From Candidatus Moraniibacteriota bacterium (GTDB lineage: Bacteria; Patescibacteriota; Minisyncoccia; Moranbacterales; UBA1568), in the NCBI GenBank assembly GCA_963743885.1, contig CAVURJ010000001.1, positions 204,949 through 268,948 on the forward strand: 64,000 nucleotides of DNA. Direction: 5' to 3'. Under the pieces are notes generated by a model. That model saw only the letters and a list, made by a program, of their open reading frames with translations. It ran no database searches and had not been told where the DNA came from. Of this stretch, positions 7,890 to 16,052 are shown piece by piece; the stretch's first letter is position 1; every line of letters begins with the position of its first letter. A program made the position numbers and the translations under genes.

Positions 7890-9074
7890 ATGGAACGATA
7901 TCAGAACGGCCTCGTGGCATTGTCGGCGGACCCAATCACCTTCGGACACCTGGATCTCATCAGGCAGGCGAAGGAGCGATGTGAATCCGTCGTGGTGCTT
8001 ATCGCGAATAACGATCTGAAGAATGGGTCGTACCTCTTCTCTCTCGAGGAGCGGGTAGCGATCGCCATCCAGGCGGTCGCCTACTCCGGGATCGACGGTG
8101 TCCGAGTGATCGGTTCAGGCGGACTGCTCGTCGATACATACCTCCGCGAAGGATGTGATGCGGTCTTCCGCGGCATCCGCAATGCGAAGGATATCGAGTA
8201 TGAAGAGGAGCAGATGCGGCTGCATACGTTCATCCTTCCGGAGCTTGAGGGACGCATCGTGTTTCTTGAGTCGAGGGAGGAGTATCGCATCATCTCGTCA
8301 TCGCTTGTCAAAGCGTTCGTGCGGAGCCATATCGACGTATCGCGTTTCGTACCGGCCTTCGTGAAGCAGCTGCTCGAAGAACGGATCTGCCGGCAGTACA
8401 AGGTAGCCGTCACCGGTTGCCAGGCGAACGGCAAGACATTCGTAGCGGAGGCTCTCGCGAAGCGGTTGGAAGGACGTGGTATCCAGGTCCATACGATCAG
8501 CATCGATGTACTAGTGCGGCGCCTGTTTGAGGAGGATTCTCCCGGGGCGCAGTCGGTACGCGAGGCGATAGCGGAACTATTCGGAAGTCTGGTGCTGACA
8601 GGGGATCGGAAAGGCGTGGATCGGGCCGCTCTGAAGCGGGCGGTATTCGATCCGACGAACGATCCGGAAAAACGCGAAAAGCTGCATCGTCTGACGGAAC
8701 CGCATGTCGCACGCCTGTATCGGGAAGCGCTTTCGGGGAAGCAGGGGCTTGTCATCGTCGAATGGGCGCAGCTCGCAGAGATGGGCCTTTCGCACTGGAC
8801 CAATCATCAGGCGATTGTCGTCGCAGCGGCTGATGCGGAAGCATTTGCTGCAGCGCGGCTGATCAGTCCTGAAGAGCGGGAACGTGTCAGTCAGTTCCAG
8901 TGGAGCACGGAGCAGAAGGTGGAAGCGCTCTATCGCGCTGCCGATGAAGCGAAGCATGGGACGGTGGTCCAGTTCGTGAATCGGATCGGTGACGAAGCGT
9001 CTCTTGAGAGGCTCGCGGGCCAGATGCTCGAGCTCTTTCCGGATCTCAAAGGTTTCGAAAGGAGGAAGCCATGA
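7890..9074 (+). CDS. bifunctional phosphopantetheine adenylyltransferase / dephospho-CoA kinase (CoaD-CoaE fusion)
   Basis: N-terminal half is LSADPITFGHLDLIRQA...IISSSLVKAFVRSHIDVSRFVP (PPAT). C-terminal half has Walker A VAVTGCQANGKTF and a dephospho-CoA-kinase-like arrangement. RBS aaggaggg precedes ATG 7890. Confidence 0.75.
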   Translation: MERYQNGLVALSADPITFGHLDLIRQAKERCESVVVLIANNDLKNGSYLFSLEERVAIAIQAVAYSGIDGVRVIGSGGLLVDTYLREGCDAVFRGIRNAKDIEYEEEQMRLHTFILPELEGRIVFLESREEYRIISSSLVKAFVRSHIDVSRFVPAFVKQLLEERICRQYKVAVTGCQANGKTFVAEALAKRLEGRGIQVHTISIDVLVRRLFEEDSPGAQSVREAIAELFGSLVLTGDRKGVDRAALKRAVFDPTNDPEKREKLHRLTEPHVARLYREALSGKQGLVIVEWAQLAEMGLSHWTNHQAIVVAAADAEAFAAARLISPEERERVSQFQWSTEQKVEALYRAADEAKHGTVVQFVNRIGDEASLERLAGQMLELFPDLKGFERRKP

Positions 9075-9862
9075 ACATCGGCCAATACGAAGTGACAAGG
9101 AAGATCGGTGAGGGCAGCTTCGGGCGGACATTCGAAGGACGGCATCGGACGCTCGGCGTACCGGCCTGCATCAAGCAGGAGCGGACGGGCGACCCGACGT
9201 ACATGAGACTGTTCCGCGAAGAGGCATCCTTGCTGGCCAAGGTGCATCACGTCTCTCTTCCGGCGTTCCGCGACTATTACGAGCTTCCTGATTTTGGGCA
9301 AGTGATCGTGATGTCGTTCGTCGTCGGCGAGAACCTCAAGAAGAAGGTCGAGCGCGAAGGAGCGATCGATGATGAGCATATCGCATGGATCATCCAGCGG
9401 GCGCTTGATGCGCTGTCATACCTTCATTTCCAGGGCATCGTGCACTGTGATGTGAAGCCTGACAACCTCATCCTCCATCTGAAGGAACACAATGCGGTGC
9501 TCGTCGATTTCGGTCTTGGTGTGACGAACCCGGACGCAGCGACTCGGGCGAAGGGCGGTACAGAGATGTACATGCCGCCGGAATTCGGGAACGGCTTGCC
9601 GCCGATCCCGGCCTCCGATATCTATTCGCTCGGGAAGACGGCGCTCTTCCTTGCGGGAGGTAATCCACAGACAGGGGTGCCGCCGAAGGACATGCAGCCG
9701 CTTCTGGCGGAATGCATACGGGCGATGATCCGCAAGGATCCGCTTGCCCGGCCGCAGGATGCGCGCGGTATCAGCCGCGCCATCACAGAGATCCGTCGTC
9801 GGGCTTTCGGCCGGACGGAAACCGTTGAGTTGTTCAAACTACGCGAGAGGAGCATATCATGA
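9071..9862 (+). CDS. Hanks-type Ser/Thr protein kinase (minimal catalytic domain)
   Basis: IGEGSFGRTF glycine loop, HCDVKPDNLIL catalytic loop, and DFGLG. The start overlaps the stop of the CoaDE gene (ATGA). Confidence 0.85.
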   Translation: MNIGQYEVTRKIGEGSFGRTFEGRHRTLGVPACIKQERTGDPTYMRLFREEASLLAKVHHVSLPAFRDYYELPDFGQVIVMSFVVGENLKKKVEREGAIDDEHIAWIIQRALDALSYLHFQGIVHCDVKPDNLILHLKEHNAVLVDFGLGVTNPDAATRAKGGTEMYMPPEFGNGLPPIPASDIYSLGKTALFLAGGNPQTGVPPKDMQPLLAECIRAMIRKDPLARPQDARGISRAITEIRRRAFGRTETVELFKLRERSIS

Positions 9863-10896
9863 GCGGTGCATTCGGATGGGTGAAGGCGGATTCGGCTGGT
9901 GCCGGTACCAGGATCCATAGGCCGGACGATTTCGCAGGGGCGAAGGCGGCCTATGCTGGCGGTGCGAGGCGCGTCGATATCGGGTTTGATCCCAATGACG
10001 GGAAGAGCCGGAAGATCGATGCCTTCGCGACCAGGATGGGAGCGAGGGCGATCCCGGACGGAAAGTCGGCGTTTACCAGTACGGCAGCGAATGTCGTGAT
10101 GGTCGCGCTCGATGTGACGGGGTCGATGCAACAGTGGCCGCAGGAGATCTTCAAGCGGCTGCCGCTCCTCTACACTGATCTGGTCCGGTATTTCGGATCC
10201 GATGATGTGGAAGTACTCTTCGCCGCTTTCGGCGATGCGAGCGGTTCGGATCGGTATCCGATCCAGATCGGGCATTTCGCCAAAGGTCCGGATCTCGATC
10301 CGGTACTTGCCTCGCTCGAGCGTGAGGGCGGCGGAAACGGGCGCGGATCGCAGCGCGAATCGCATGAGCTCCTCGCCTACCATCTCGTCGAGCGAGTGGA
10401 TACCTCATCGGCACAGAATGTCTTCGCCTTCTTCATTACGGACGAGGCGGGATACGATGCGGTCGACGGGGGCCAGGTAGAGCGGTTGCTCGGCATCCCG
10501 ATGAATCGGGAGCTTGCGAAGACGAAGAATGTCTTCGCGAGCCTCTCGAGGAAAGCGGACGTCTATGCAATCGTCTGCGATACGGGGTCGTACAGCGACC
10601 CGATCGCTCATCGCTGGTGGCGTGAAACGCTCGATGCCGAGCGGGCGCTCAGTCTCGATGATGCGCGCCGGATCGTGGATGTGATGCTCGGAGTGATCGC
10701 GAGCAAGGTCGGCAAAGACGCTGAGTTCGATCTCGATCTCACCAGGCGTCAGGCCGGCACCAGATTCGGTCGAGCCAACATCGCGAATGTCGAAGAGACG
10801 CTCGCGATCGTCCGGAAGGGTGGAGTGACACGATTGCTCCCACCGCCGGATCGGTCAGGGCCTCTCGATGGAGAGACCCGGGCGCTGCTCGATTGA
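9859..10896 (+). CDS. von Willebrand factor A (vWA) domain protein
   Basis: MIDAS-like VVMVALDVTGSMQ. The start overlaps the kinase stop (ATGA), indicating translational coupling. Confidence 0.75.
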   Translation: MSGAFGWVKADSAGAGTRIHRPDDFAGAKAAYAGGARRVDIGFDPNDGKSRKIDAFATRMGARAIPDGKSAFTSTAANVVMVALDVTGSMQQWPQEIFKRLPLLYTDLVRYFGSDDVEVLFAAFGDASGSDRYPIQIGHFAKGPDLDPVLASLEREGGGNGRGSQRESHELLAYHLVERVDTSSAQNVFAFFITDEAGYDAVDGGQVERLLGIPMNRELAKTKNVFASLSRKADVYAIVCDTGSYSDPIAHRWWRETLDAERALSLDDARRIVDVMLGVIASKVGKDAEFDLDLTRRQAGTRFGRANIANVEETLAIVRKGGVTRLLPPPDRSGPLDGETRALLD

Positions 10897-10954
10897 AAGC
10901 GCAGAGATGAAAAAAGCGGCACACCCTGGAATTTCAGGGGTGCCGCCTTTCTTG

Positions 10955-11496
10955 TCAGCGTTTCTTGAACTCTTCGAGGCCGATGTTCCAGGCCGTGACG
11001 ACATCGTCGTAGATGAGCGGGTTGAGCATCCGCTTCAGCCTTCCGAACTGCCGATTAAGGAGCGCGTTCCGGACTTCGGTTGCCGAGACCTTTTTCGTCT
11101 TTCTGCCGGAGAACCGGTCGACGATATGGTGCGGCTTACGGCCTTCCTCGATGAGGACGGAGATCTCTTCCTGGCATCCGCCGAGAAATACGGTTTCCTT
11201 CGGGTTGAAGCCGGCGGCTTCCAAGAGATGGTCGAGAGCGGTCAGCCAGGCAGTGTTGCTTTCGTTGAAATCAGGAAGCGGCACGACTGTCAGTCCAGGG
11301 AAGACGCGCTTGATGAATCCTGCGCGTTCCGCATAGCCGAAGAAGTGCCGGAGCGAACGTTCGTGGTTGGCACTGCCGATGAAGAGGATGGAATGGTCAC
11401 TCATATCGAGCATCATCTGTATCATGGCCTCATGGCCGAGATGCTGCGGGTTGAAGCGGCCGACATAGGCCATCTCTGGATAGTGCGTCTGCTTCA
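10955..11496 (-). CDS. nadM: nicotinamide-nucleotide adenylyltransferase, archaeal/NadM type
   Basis: YVGRFNPQHLGHEAMI (H-x-GH), IGSANHER, and SATEVRNAL parallel archaeal NMNAT. RBS aggag precedes the ATG. The 409-aa ORF extending further 5' is treated as spurious. Confidence 0.75.
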
Positions 11497-11590
11497 TTAT
11501 AAAATCTCCTTTCTTTGGAGTGTGTGGGAAGGAACTGGAAGGAGCAGTGTATCGGAAAGCGGTTTTTCCGTCAACAGAAAGGAGTTTGAT

Positions 11591-12229
11591 ATGGAAGAGC
11601 AAAGACGATTGGAACAGCGGTTCAGCGCCTTCTGGAAGCGAGCTGGTTTGCGTGGCGATCCGACAGCGACTTTTTGGATGATCATGCGGCGCTATAGCGA
11701 AGCACATCGGCAGTATCATGCGCCGGCGCATCTCGAGAGTTGTTTCTGGGAGCTCGATCAGATCACTCGTCTGATCAGGGATCCGCTCGCGGTCGAGGGA
11801 GCGATCTGGTTCCACGACATCGTGTATGATCCGCGTCGGGCGGACAATGAAGAGCAGAGTGCGAAGCTCGCTCGGGGGTTGTTGGCTCGCGGAGGCGCGT
11901 CGAGGATGTTCGTCACGAAGGTGCGGCGGCTCATCCTGGCGACGCGGCATGCTGGTGCGACGCGGGATCGGGACACTGCGTTTCTGGTCGATATCGACCT
12001 CTCCATACTCGGGGCGGAACAGCCGCGATTCGATGAGTATGAGCGTGGGATCCGGAAGGAGTACATGTTCGTTCCGGAGGCGGAGTATCGTATCGGCAGG
12101 GGAGCGGTGCTTCGCAGGTTCCTTGATCGGAGAGCGATCTTTCAGACCGCTCCATTCAAGAGGCGCCTGGAACGTCAGGCGCACGAAAATCTTGAGCGCT
12201 CCATCGCGAGGCTTTTTGCCGCCGGGTAA
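11591..12229 (+). CDS. HD-domain metal-dependent phosphohydrolase
   Basis: YHAPAHL...IWFHDIVYD HD motif. RBS gaaaggag is upstream. The longer 10868-12229 ORF has a spurious N-terminus that is antisense to nadM. Confidence 0.6.
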   Translation: MEEQRRLEQRFSAFWKRAGLRGDPTATFWMIMRRYSEAHRQYHAPAHLESCFWELDQITRLIRDPLAVEGAIWFHDIVYDPRRADNEEQSAKLARGLLARGGASRMFVTKVRRLILATRHAGATRDRDTAFLVDIDLSILGAEQPRFDEYERGIRKEYMFVPEAEYRIGRGAVLRRFLDRRAIFQTAPFKRRLERQAHENLERSIARLFAAG

Positions 12230-12281
12230 TCCGGCGGTTTTTTCTTGATATTTCGGTTCGTGTACGCTAGGATGCAGGCAA

Positions 12282-13055
12282 TTGGCTATTGGTCATATGT
12301 TGAAAGAAATCAAGCATTCGCTCAAGAATCTCGGCTTCAGCAAGAATGAAGTCGCCGTCTATATCGCGCTCACGCAGCTCGGCGAGTCTCCTGCGGCCAA
12401 AATCGCCAAAAAGGCCGAGTTGCCGCGGACGACTGCCGCGAGCATCCTCCGGCAGATGGTTGAGCACGGCTATGTTTCTGCGCACCTTCATCGTGGCACG
12501 ACGTGGTATTGGATAGAGTCGCTCGATACGATGGAGCATATGCTCAAGAACCGGATCGCGGTCGCTCGCGAGCTGAAGGGGCTGCTTTCAAATTTCTACA
12601 GGAGCGAGGCCGATTTCCCAGAAGCGAAGATCTATGACACGCGGGAGGCCATCAAGACATTCATCGAGAAGACGCTGGTCACACTGAAGGATGGCACACT
12701 CATCCAGACGATGGATACGCCCGGTGCGGCGAATTATACGAAGATCTATTCGGAGAATTTTGATCTAGTGCTGCGCGATCTGAAGCGGAAAAAGAAGATC
12801 ATCACGCATACGCTCATTCCCGCCGGATCCGGCAGTGACATCGATCCGAAGAAGGTCATCAATCAGGGCATCACGCTCCGGGAGATGCCAGCTGGGCTGG
12901 AAGGGTTCCAGGCGTCGTTCTGGGTCATCGATGATTTGTTCGTGCAGTTTTCTGGGCGCTATCCGTTTATCGTCGCGGTGCGGCATAAGCTGATCTCAGA
13001 GAGCATGCGCGCGATATTTCAGTATCTCTGGTCGGTCTCTTCCCCGCTCAAATGA
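12282..13055 (+). CDS. TrmB/MarR-like winged-helix transcriptional regulator
   Basis: N-terminal HTH LKNLGFSKNEVAVYIALTQLGESPAAKIAKKAELPRTTAASILRQMVEHGYV. Confidence 0.55.
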   Translation: MAIGHMLKEIKHSLKNLGFSKNEVAVYIALTQLGESPAAKIAKKAELPRTTAASILRQMVEHGYVSAHLHRGTTWYWIESLDTMEHMLKNRIAVARELKGLLSNFYRSEADFPEAKIYDTREAIKTFIEKTLVTLKDGTLIQTMDTPGAANYTKIYSENFDLVLRDLKRKKKIITHTLIPAGSGSDIDPKKVINQGITLREMPAGLEGFQASFWVIDDLFVQFSGRYPFIVAVRHKLISESMRAIFQYLWSVSSPLK

Positions 13056-13167
13056 TGAGCGCGGCGATAGGGTGCGCATCATGCGAGAGGGGGCATGAAA
13101 GGACGGGCGGCAGGAATATCCTGTAGGCCCGTTTTTTGTCATCAGAGAGGGATTTTTCCGGAAATAC

Positions 13168-13305
13168 TTGACAGAATTTTAATAGTGTATATACTACACT
13201 TAGTACTTCGATAGAGCAGAGTGAACGAGGGGAGGGAAGGAGGAGAAAGAAGACAGGCGCCACGGGCGCTTTTCCACAGACTACTTAGTGTAGTATGTAC
13301 ACTAC
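13168..13305 (+). promoter_or_regulatory. sigma70-like promoter (TTGACA-16-TATACT) with an overlapping palindromic operator, plus a second operator copy
   Basis: Operators at 13183-13205 and 13284-13305 share an AGTGTA-N5-TACACT core. The same motif is found upstream of pncB and of pnuC-nadR. Confidence 0.5.
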
Positions 13306-13418
13306 AGAAACGAGAGGGATGCTGGCGGGACGCCTCTTCTCCGAAAGGGAGGGGAGACGCCTCGGAATCATCCGAGGAAGCAGTTCATTGACAATCAATC
13401 AAAGCAAAGGAGCTCATC

Positions 13419-14264
13419 ATGGCAGCCAAAGCGAATGCATACAAGGGCCTCAAGGTGCACCTCATCGTCATCGATCCGCAGAACGACTTCATGGACAGTC
13501 CAGAAGCAGCTCTGCCGGTGCTGGGCGCAAACGCGGATATGCAGCGGCTGGCTGCGCTGATCGATCGGATCGGCGGCCGGCTCGATGATATTCACGTGAC
13601 GCTCGACTCACACCGCGTCATCGACGTCGGACATCCGGGTATGTGGCGCGATTCGGACGGCAACGTCCCGAATCCGTTCACCATCATCTCGGCGGCCGAC
13701 ATCGAGAGCGGCATCTGGGCGCCGCGCAATCCGGGTTTCCGGGCACGTCTTCTGGACTACGCCCGCACGCTCGAGAAGAACGGCAACTACCCGCTCATGG
13801 TCTGGCCGGAGCACTGCATTATCGGGACCCCCGGGCACAATGTCCAGGCGGACCTGATGGCAGCGCTCAAGCGCTGGGAACGACGGGAGTTCGCCAACGT
13901 CGACTACGTGGTCAAGGGCACCAACACCTTCACTGAGCACTACGGTGCTCTCCAGGCGGAAGTCCCCGATCCCGCAGATCCGACGACCACTCTCAACACC
14001 GGTTTCCTCGATGTTCTCGCGCAAGCGGACATCGTGGCGATCGCTGGCGAGGCGCTGTCGCACTGCGTGAAATCGACGGTCTCCCAGATCGCCGACAACA
14101 TCGGTCCCGAGCAGATCAAGAAGTTCCATATCTTGACCGACTGTTCGAGTCCGGTGTCGGCGGTTCCGGGTGGTCCTGATTTCCCAGCCATCGCGCAAGC
14201 GTGGCTTCGGGAAATGGAAGGCCGCGGGATGAAACTCGTGACCTCTGCCGATTTCCTGGCCTGA
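13419..14264 (+). CDS. pncA: isochorismatase-family hydrolase, probable nicotinamidase
   Basis: LIVIDPQNDFMD and a catalytic Cys in ALSHCVKS. Preceded by the NAD-regulon operator and RBS aaaggag. Confidence 0.6.
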   Translation: MAAKANAYKGLKVHLIVIDPQNDFMDSPEAALPVLGANADMQRLAALIDRIGGRLDDIHVTLDSHRVIDVGHPGMWRDSDGNVPNPFTIISAADIESGIWAPRNPGFRARLLDYARTLEKNGNYPLMVWPEHCIIGTPGHNVQADLMAALKRWERREFANVDYVVKGTNTFTEHYGALQAEVPDPADPTTTLNTGFLDVLAQADIVAIAGEALSHCVKSTVSQIADNIGPEQIKKFHILTDCSSPVSAVPGGPDFPAIAQAWLREMEGRGMKLVTSADFLA

Positions 14265-14300
14265 TATTTCTGGCCACTCTACAACGAAAGGAGAAACATC

Positions 14301-15053
14301 ATGCCGAGACTCAATCAGGAAGAAGGGATGGGCAGCCATCGGATCGGCGGCGGGAACTTCACCTTTACCGGTGCCCGCATCGATCAGTTGGGGGCGACCG
14401 AGTATACGCTCGTGACGGTGGCAGTCGATGTCACCGGATCGACGGCGCGGTTTGCCGATGATCTGCGGGCGATGCTCGTGACGGCGGTGGAAGCCTGCAA
14501 GAAGTCGCCGCGTTCGGACAACCTGCTCCTGCGGGCCATCACGTTCTCGACGGCAGTCGGCGGCGTGAGCGAACTGCACGGCTTCAAGCCGCTGGCAGAA
14601 ATCGATCCGAACGCGTATCCGGTATTTTCTCCGGATGGGCTGACACCGCTCTACGACGCGGTCTACTCGTCGGTCGGAGCGATGACGGAATACGGCGAGC
14701 AGCTCATGCAGAATGACTATCTCGCCAACGCCATCGGCTTCATCATCACCGACGGGCTGAACAACGCCGGGACAGCGACGCCCAAGATGATCCGTGACGA
14801 GATCGGAAGTGTGGCGGCCAAGGAACGGCTCGAATCGCTCGTGACGATCTTGATCGGGATCAACGCGGCCGAGTATGAGCGGGAGCTCCGCGAGTTCCAG
14901 CACGAAGCCGGCATCGGGCAGTATATCGATGCGGGCGACGTGACCAAGGCGAAGCTTGCCAAGCTCGCTGACTTCGTTTCGCAGTCGGTATCCAGCCAGT
15001 CTCAAGCGTTGGGCACCGGCGGTCCGAGCCAGAATATCCAGGCCGTCATCTGA
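14301..15053 (+). CDS. vWA domain protein (TerY-like)
   Basis: MIDAS LVTVAVDVTGST. It is the first gene of a vWA / PP2C / kinase triad. Confidence 0.75.
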   Translation: MPRLNQEEGMGSHRIGGGNFTFTGARIDQLGATEYTLVTVAVDVTGSTARFADDLRAMLVTAVEACKKSPRSDNLLLRAITFSTAVGGVSELHGFKPLAEIDPNAYPVFSPDGLTPLYDAVYSSVGAMTEYGEQLMQNDYLANAIGFIITDGLNNAGTATPKMIRDEIGSVAAKERLESLVTILIGINAAEYERELREFQHEAGIGQYIDAGDVTKAKLAKLADFVSQSVSSQSQALGTGGPSQNIQAVI

Positions 15054-15131
15054 TGGTCCGGAGTACGGGGCGGCAGGAGATCTCTCCTTCCGCCCCTTTT
15101 TTTCTTCGAAGTGTATGAGAGGAGAGAAATC

Positions 15132-16052
15132 ATGGATATCAGGAATGCTGACCAGTATTTCCACATCGGATACTCGCATCTCATCGCGGGGAAACCGTGC
15201 GAGGACTACGCGCTCTCTGACATCTACGGAGAAGCGGCGGTAGCGATAGTGTCCGACGGCTGTTCGACCGGAGCCCATACCGACATCGGCTCGCGCATCG
15301 TGGCGCTCTCGATGGCGGGGGCGGTCCGCGATCAGTTGTCTGGCGGGAAGGGTTTGTCCGGCAGCCAGTCGGCGCGGGAGATCCGCAAGCGTCGCGGAGA
15401 GATCATCGCGGAGAGCAAGAGCATCCTTGGTCTCGAGGATCGGAATTTGCTCGCGACCTCTGTCGCCGCGGTATCTGCTTCACACGGCGCGATGGTCTTC
15501 GTGGACGGGGATGGCGTCGTCGCCTTCAAGTATCGCGATGGACAGTCTGTCCTCTGGCGATTCGAATGGGACGGCAACATGCCTTTCTACCCCGCGTACA
15601 GCGGAGAAGACCAGGAGCGTTTCGTGGCGGCGCATGGGGGCGATCCGGCAGTGGTCCGTTTTCGGCAGTCCGTCTGGGTATGCGGAAGCGATGGCACGCT
15701 CGAGGATAAAGGAGAGCGGTTGTGGACGCTTGCGGAAGGGATGGCGGGCATCACGCTCTTCGTCCCAGGCTCGCATCTGTCTGCCGAGCTGGAATACATC
15801 GCGGTCTTTACCGATGGTGTCACCCAGATTGCGGAGACGGATTGGAAGGACGCAGCACTCGGATTTCTGTCCTTCAAGAGTACGGCTGGCGAATTCGCGA
15901 AGCGCCGGATGATGAGCGGACTCCGGGATCTGCGCAAGGCGGGACGGGAGCCGCTCGACGACATCGCGTATGCGGTGCTTCACTTCAACTCTGACGAAAC
16001 CAAGGAGGCGGATCATGGCACAAGCGAAGAGCAATCTCAAGGTAACGCTTGA
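15132..16052 (+). CDS. PP2C-family Ser/Thr protein phosphatase
   Basis: AVAIVSDGCSTGAHTDIGS, VFVDGDGVVAF, and AVFTDGVTQ match PP2C metal-binding motifs. RBS aggaga precedes ATG 15132; the ORF is open from GTG 15111. Confidence 0.6.
   Translation: MDIRNADQYFHIGYSHLIAGKPCEDYALSDIYGEAAVAIVSDGCSTGAHTDIGSRIVALSMAGAVRDQLSGGKGLSGSQSAREIRKRRGEIIAESKSILGLEDRNLLATSVAAVSASHGAMVFVDGDGVVAFKYRDGQSVLWRFEWDGNMPFYPAYSGEDQERFVAAHGGDPAVVRFRQSVWVCGSDGTLEDKGERLWTLAEGMAGITLFVPGSHLSAELEYIAVFTDGVTQIAETDWKDAALGFLSFKSTAGEFAKRRMMSGLRDLRKAGREPLDDIAYAVLHFNSDETKEADHGTSEEQSQGNA

Noticed and set aside
10868-11590. N-terminal 240 codons of the 453-aa plus-strand ORF 10868-12229
   Set aside because: This part overlaps the well-supported nadM-type NMNAT gene on the other strand. 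Only the part from ATG 11591, which has an RBS and an HD motif, is considered real.
13608-15278. 556-aa ORF on the minus strand
   Set aside because: It lies antisense across the nicotinamidase-like, vWA and PP2C genes, all of which have clear domain motifs. Long spurious ORFs are expected in high-GC DNA. No motif was recognised.
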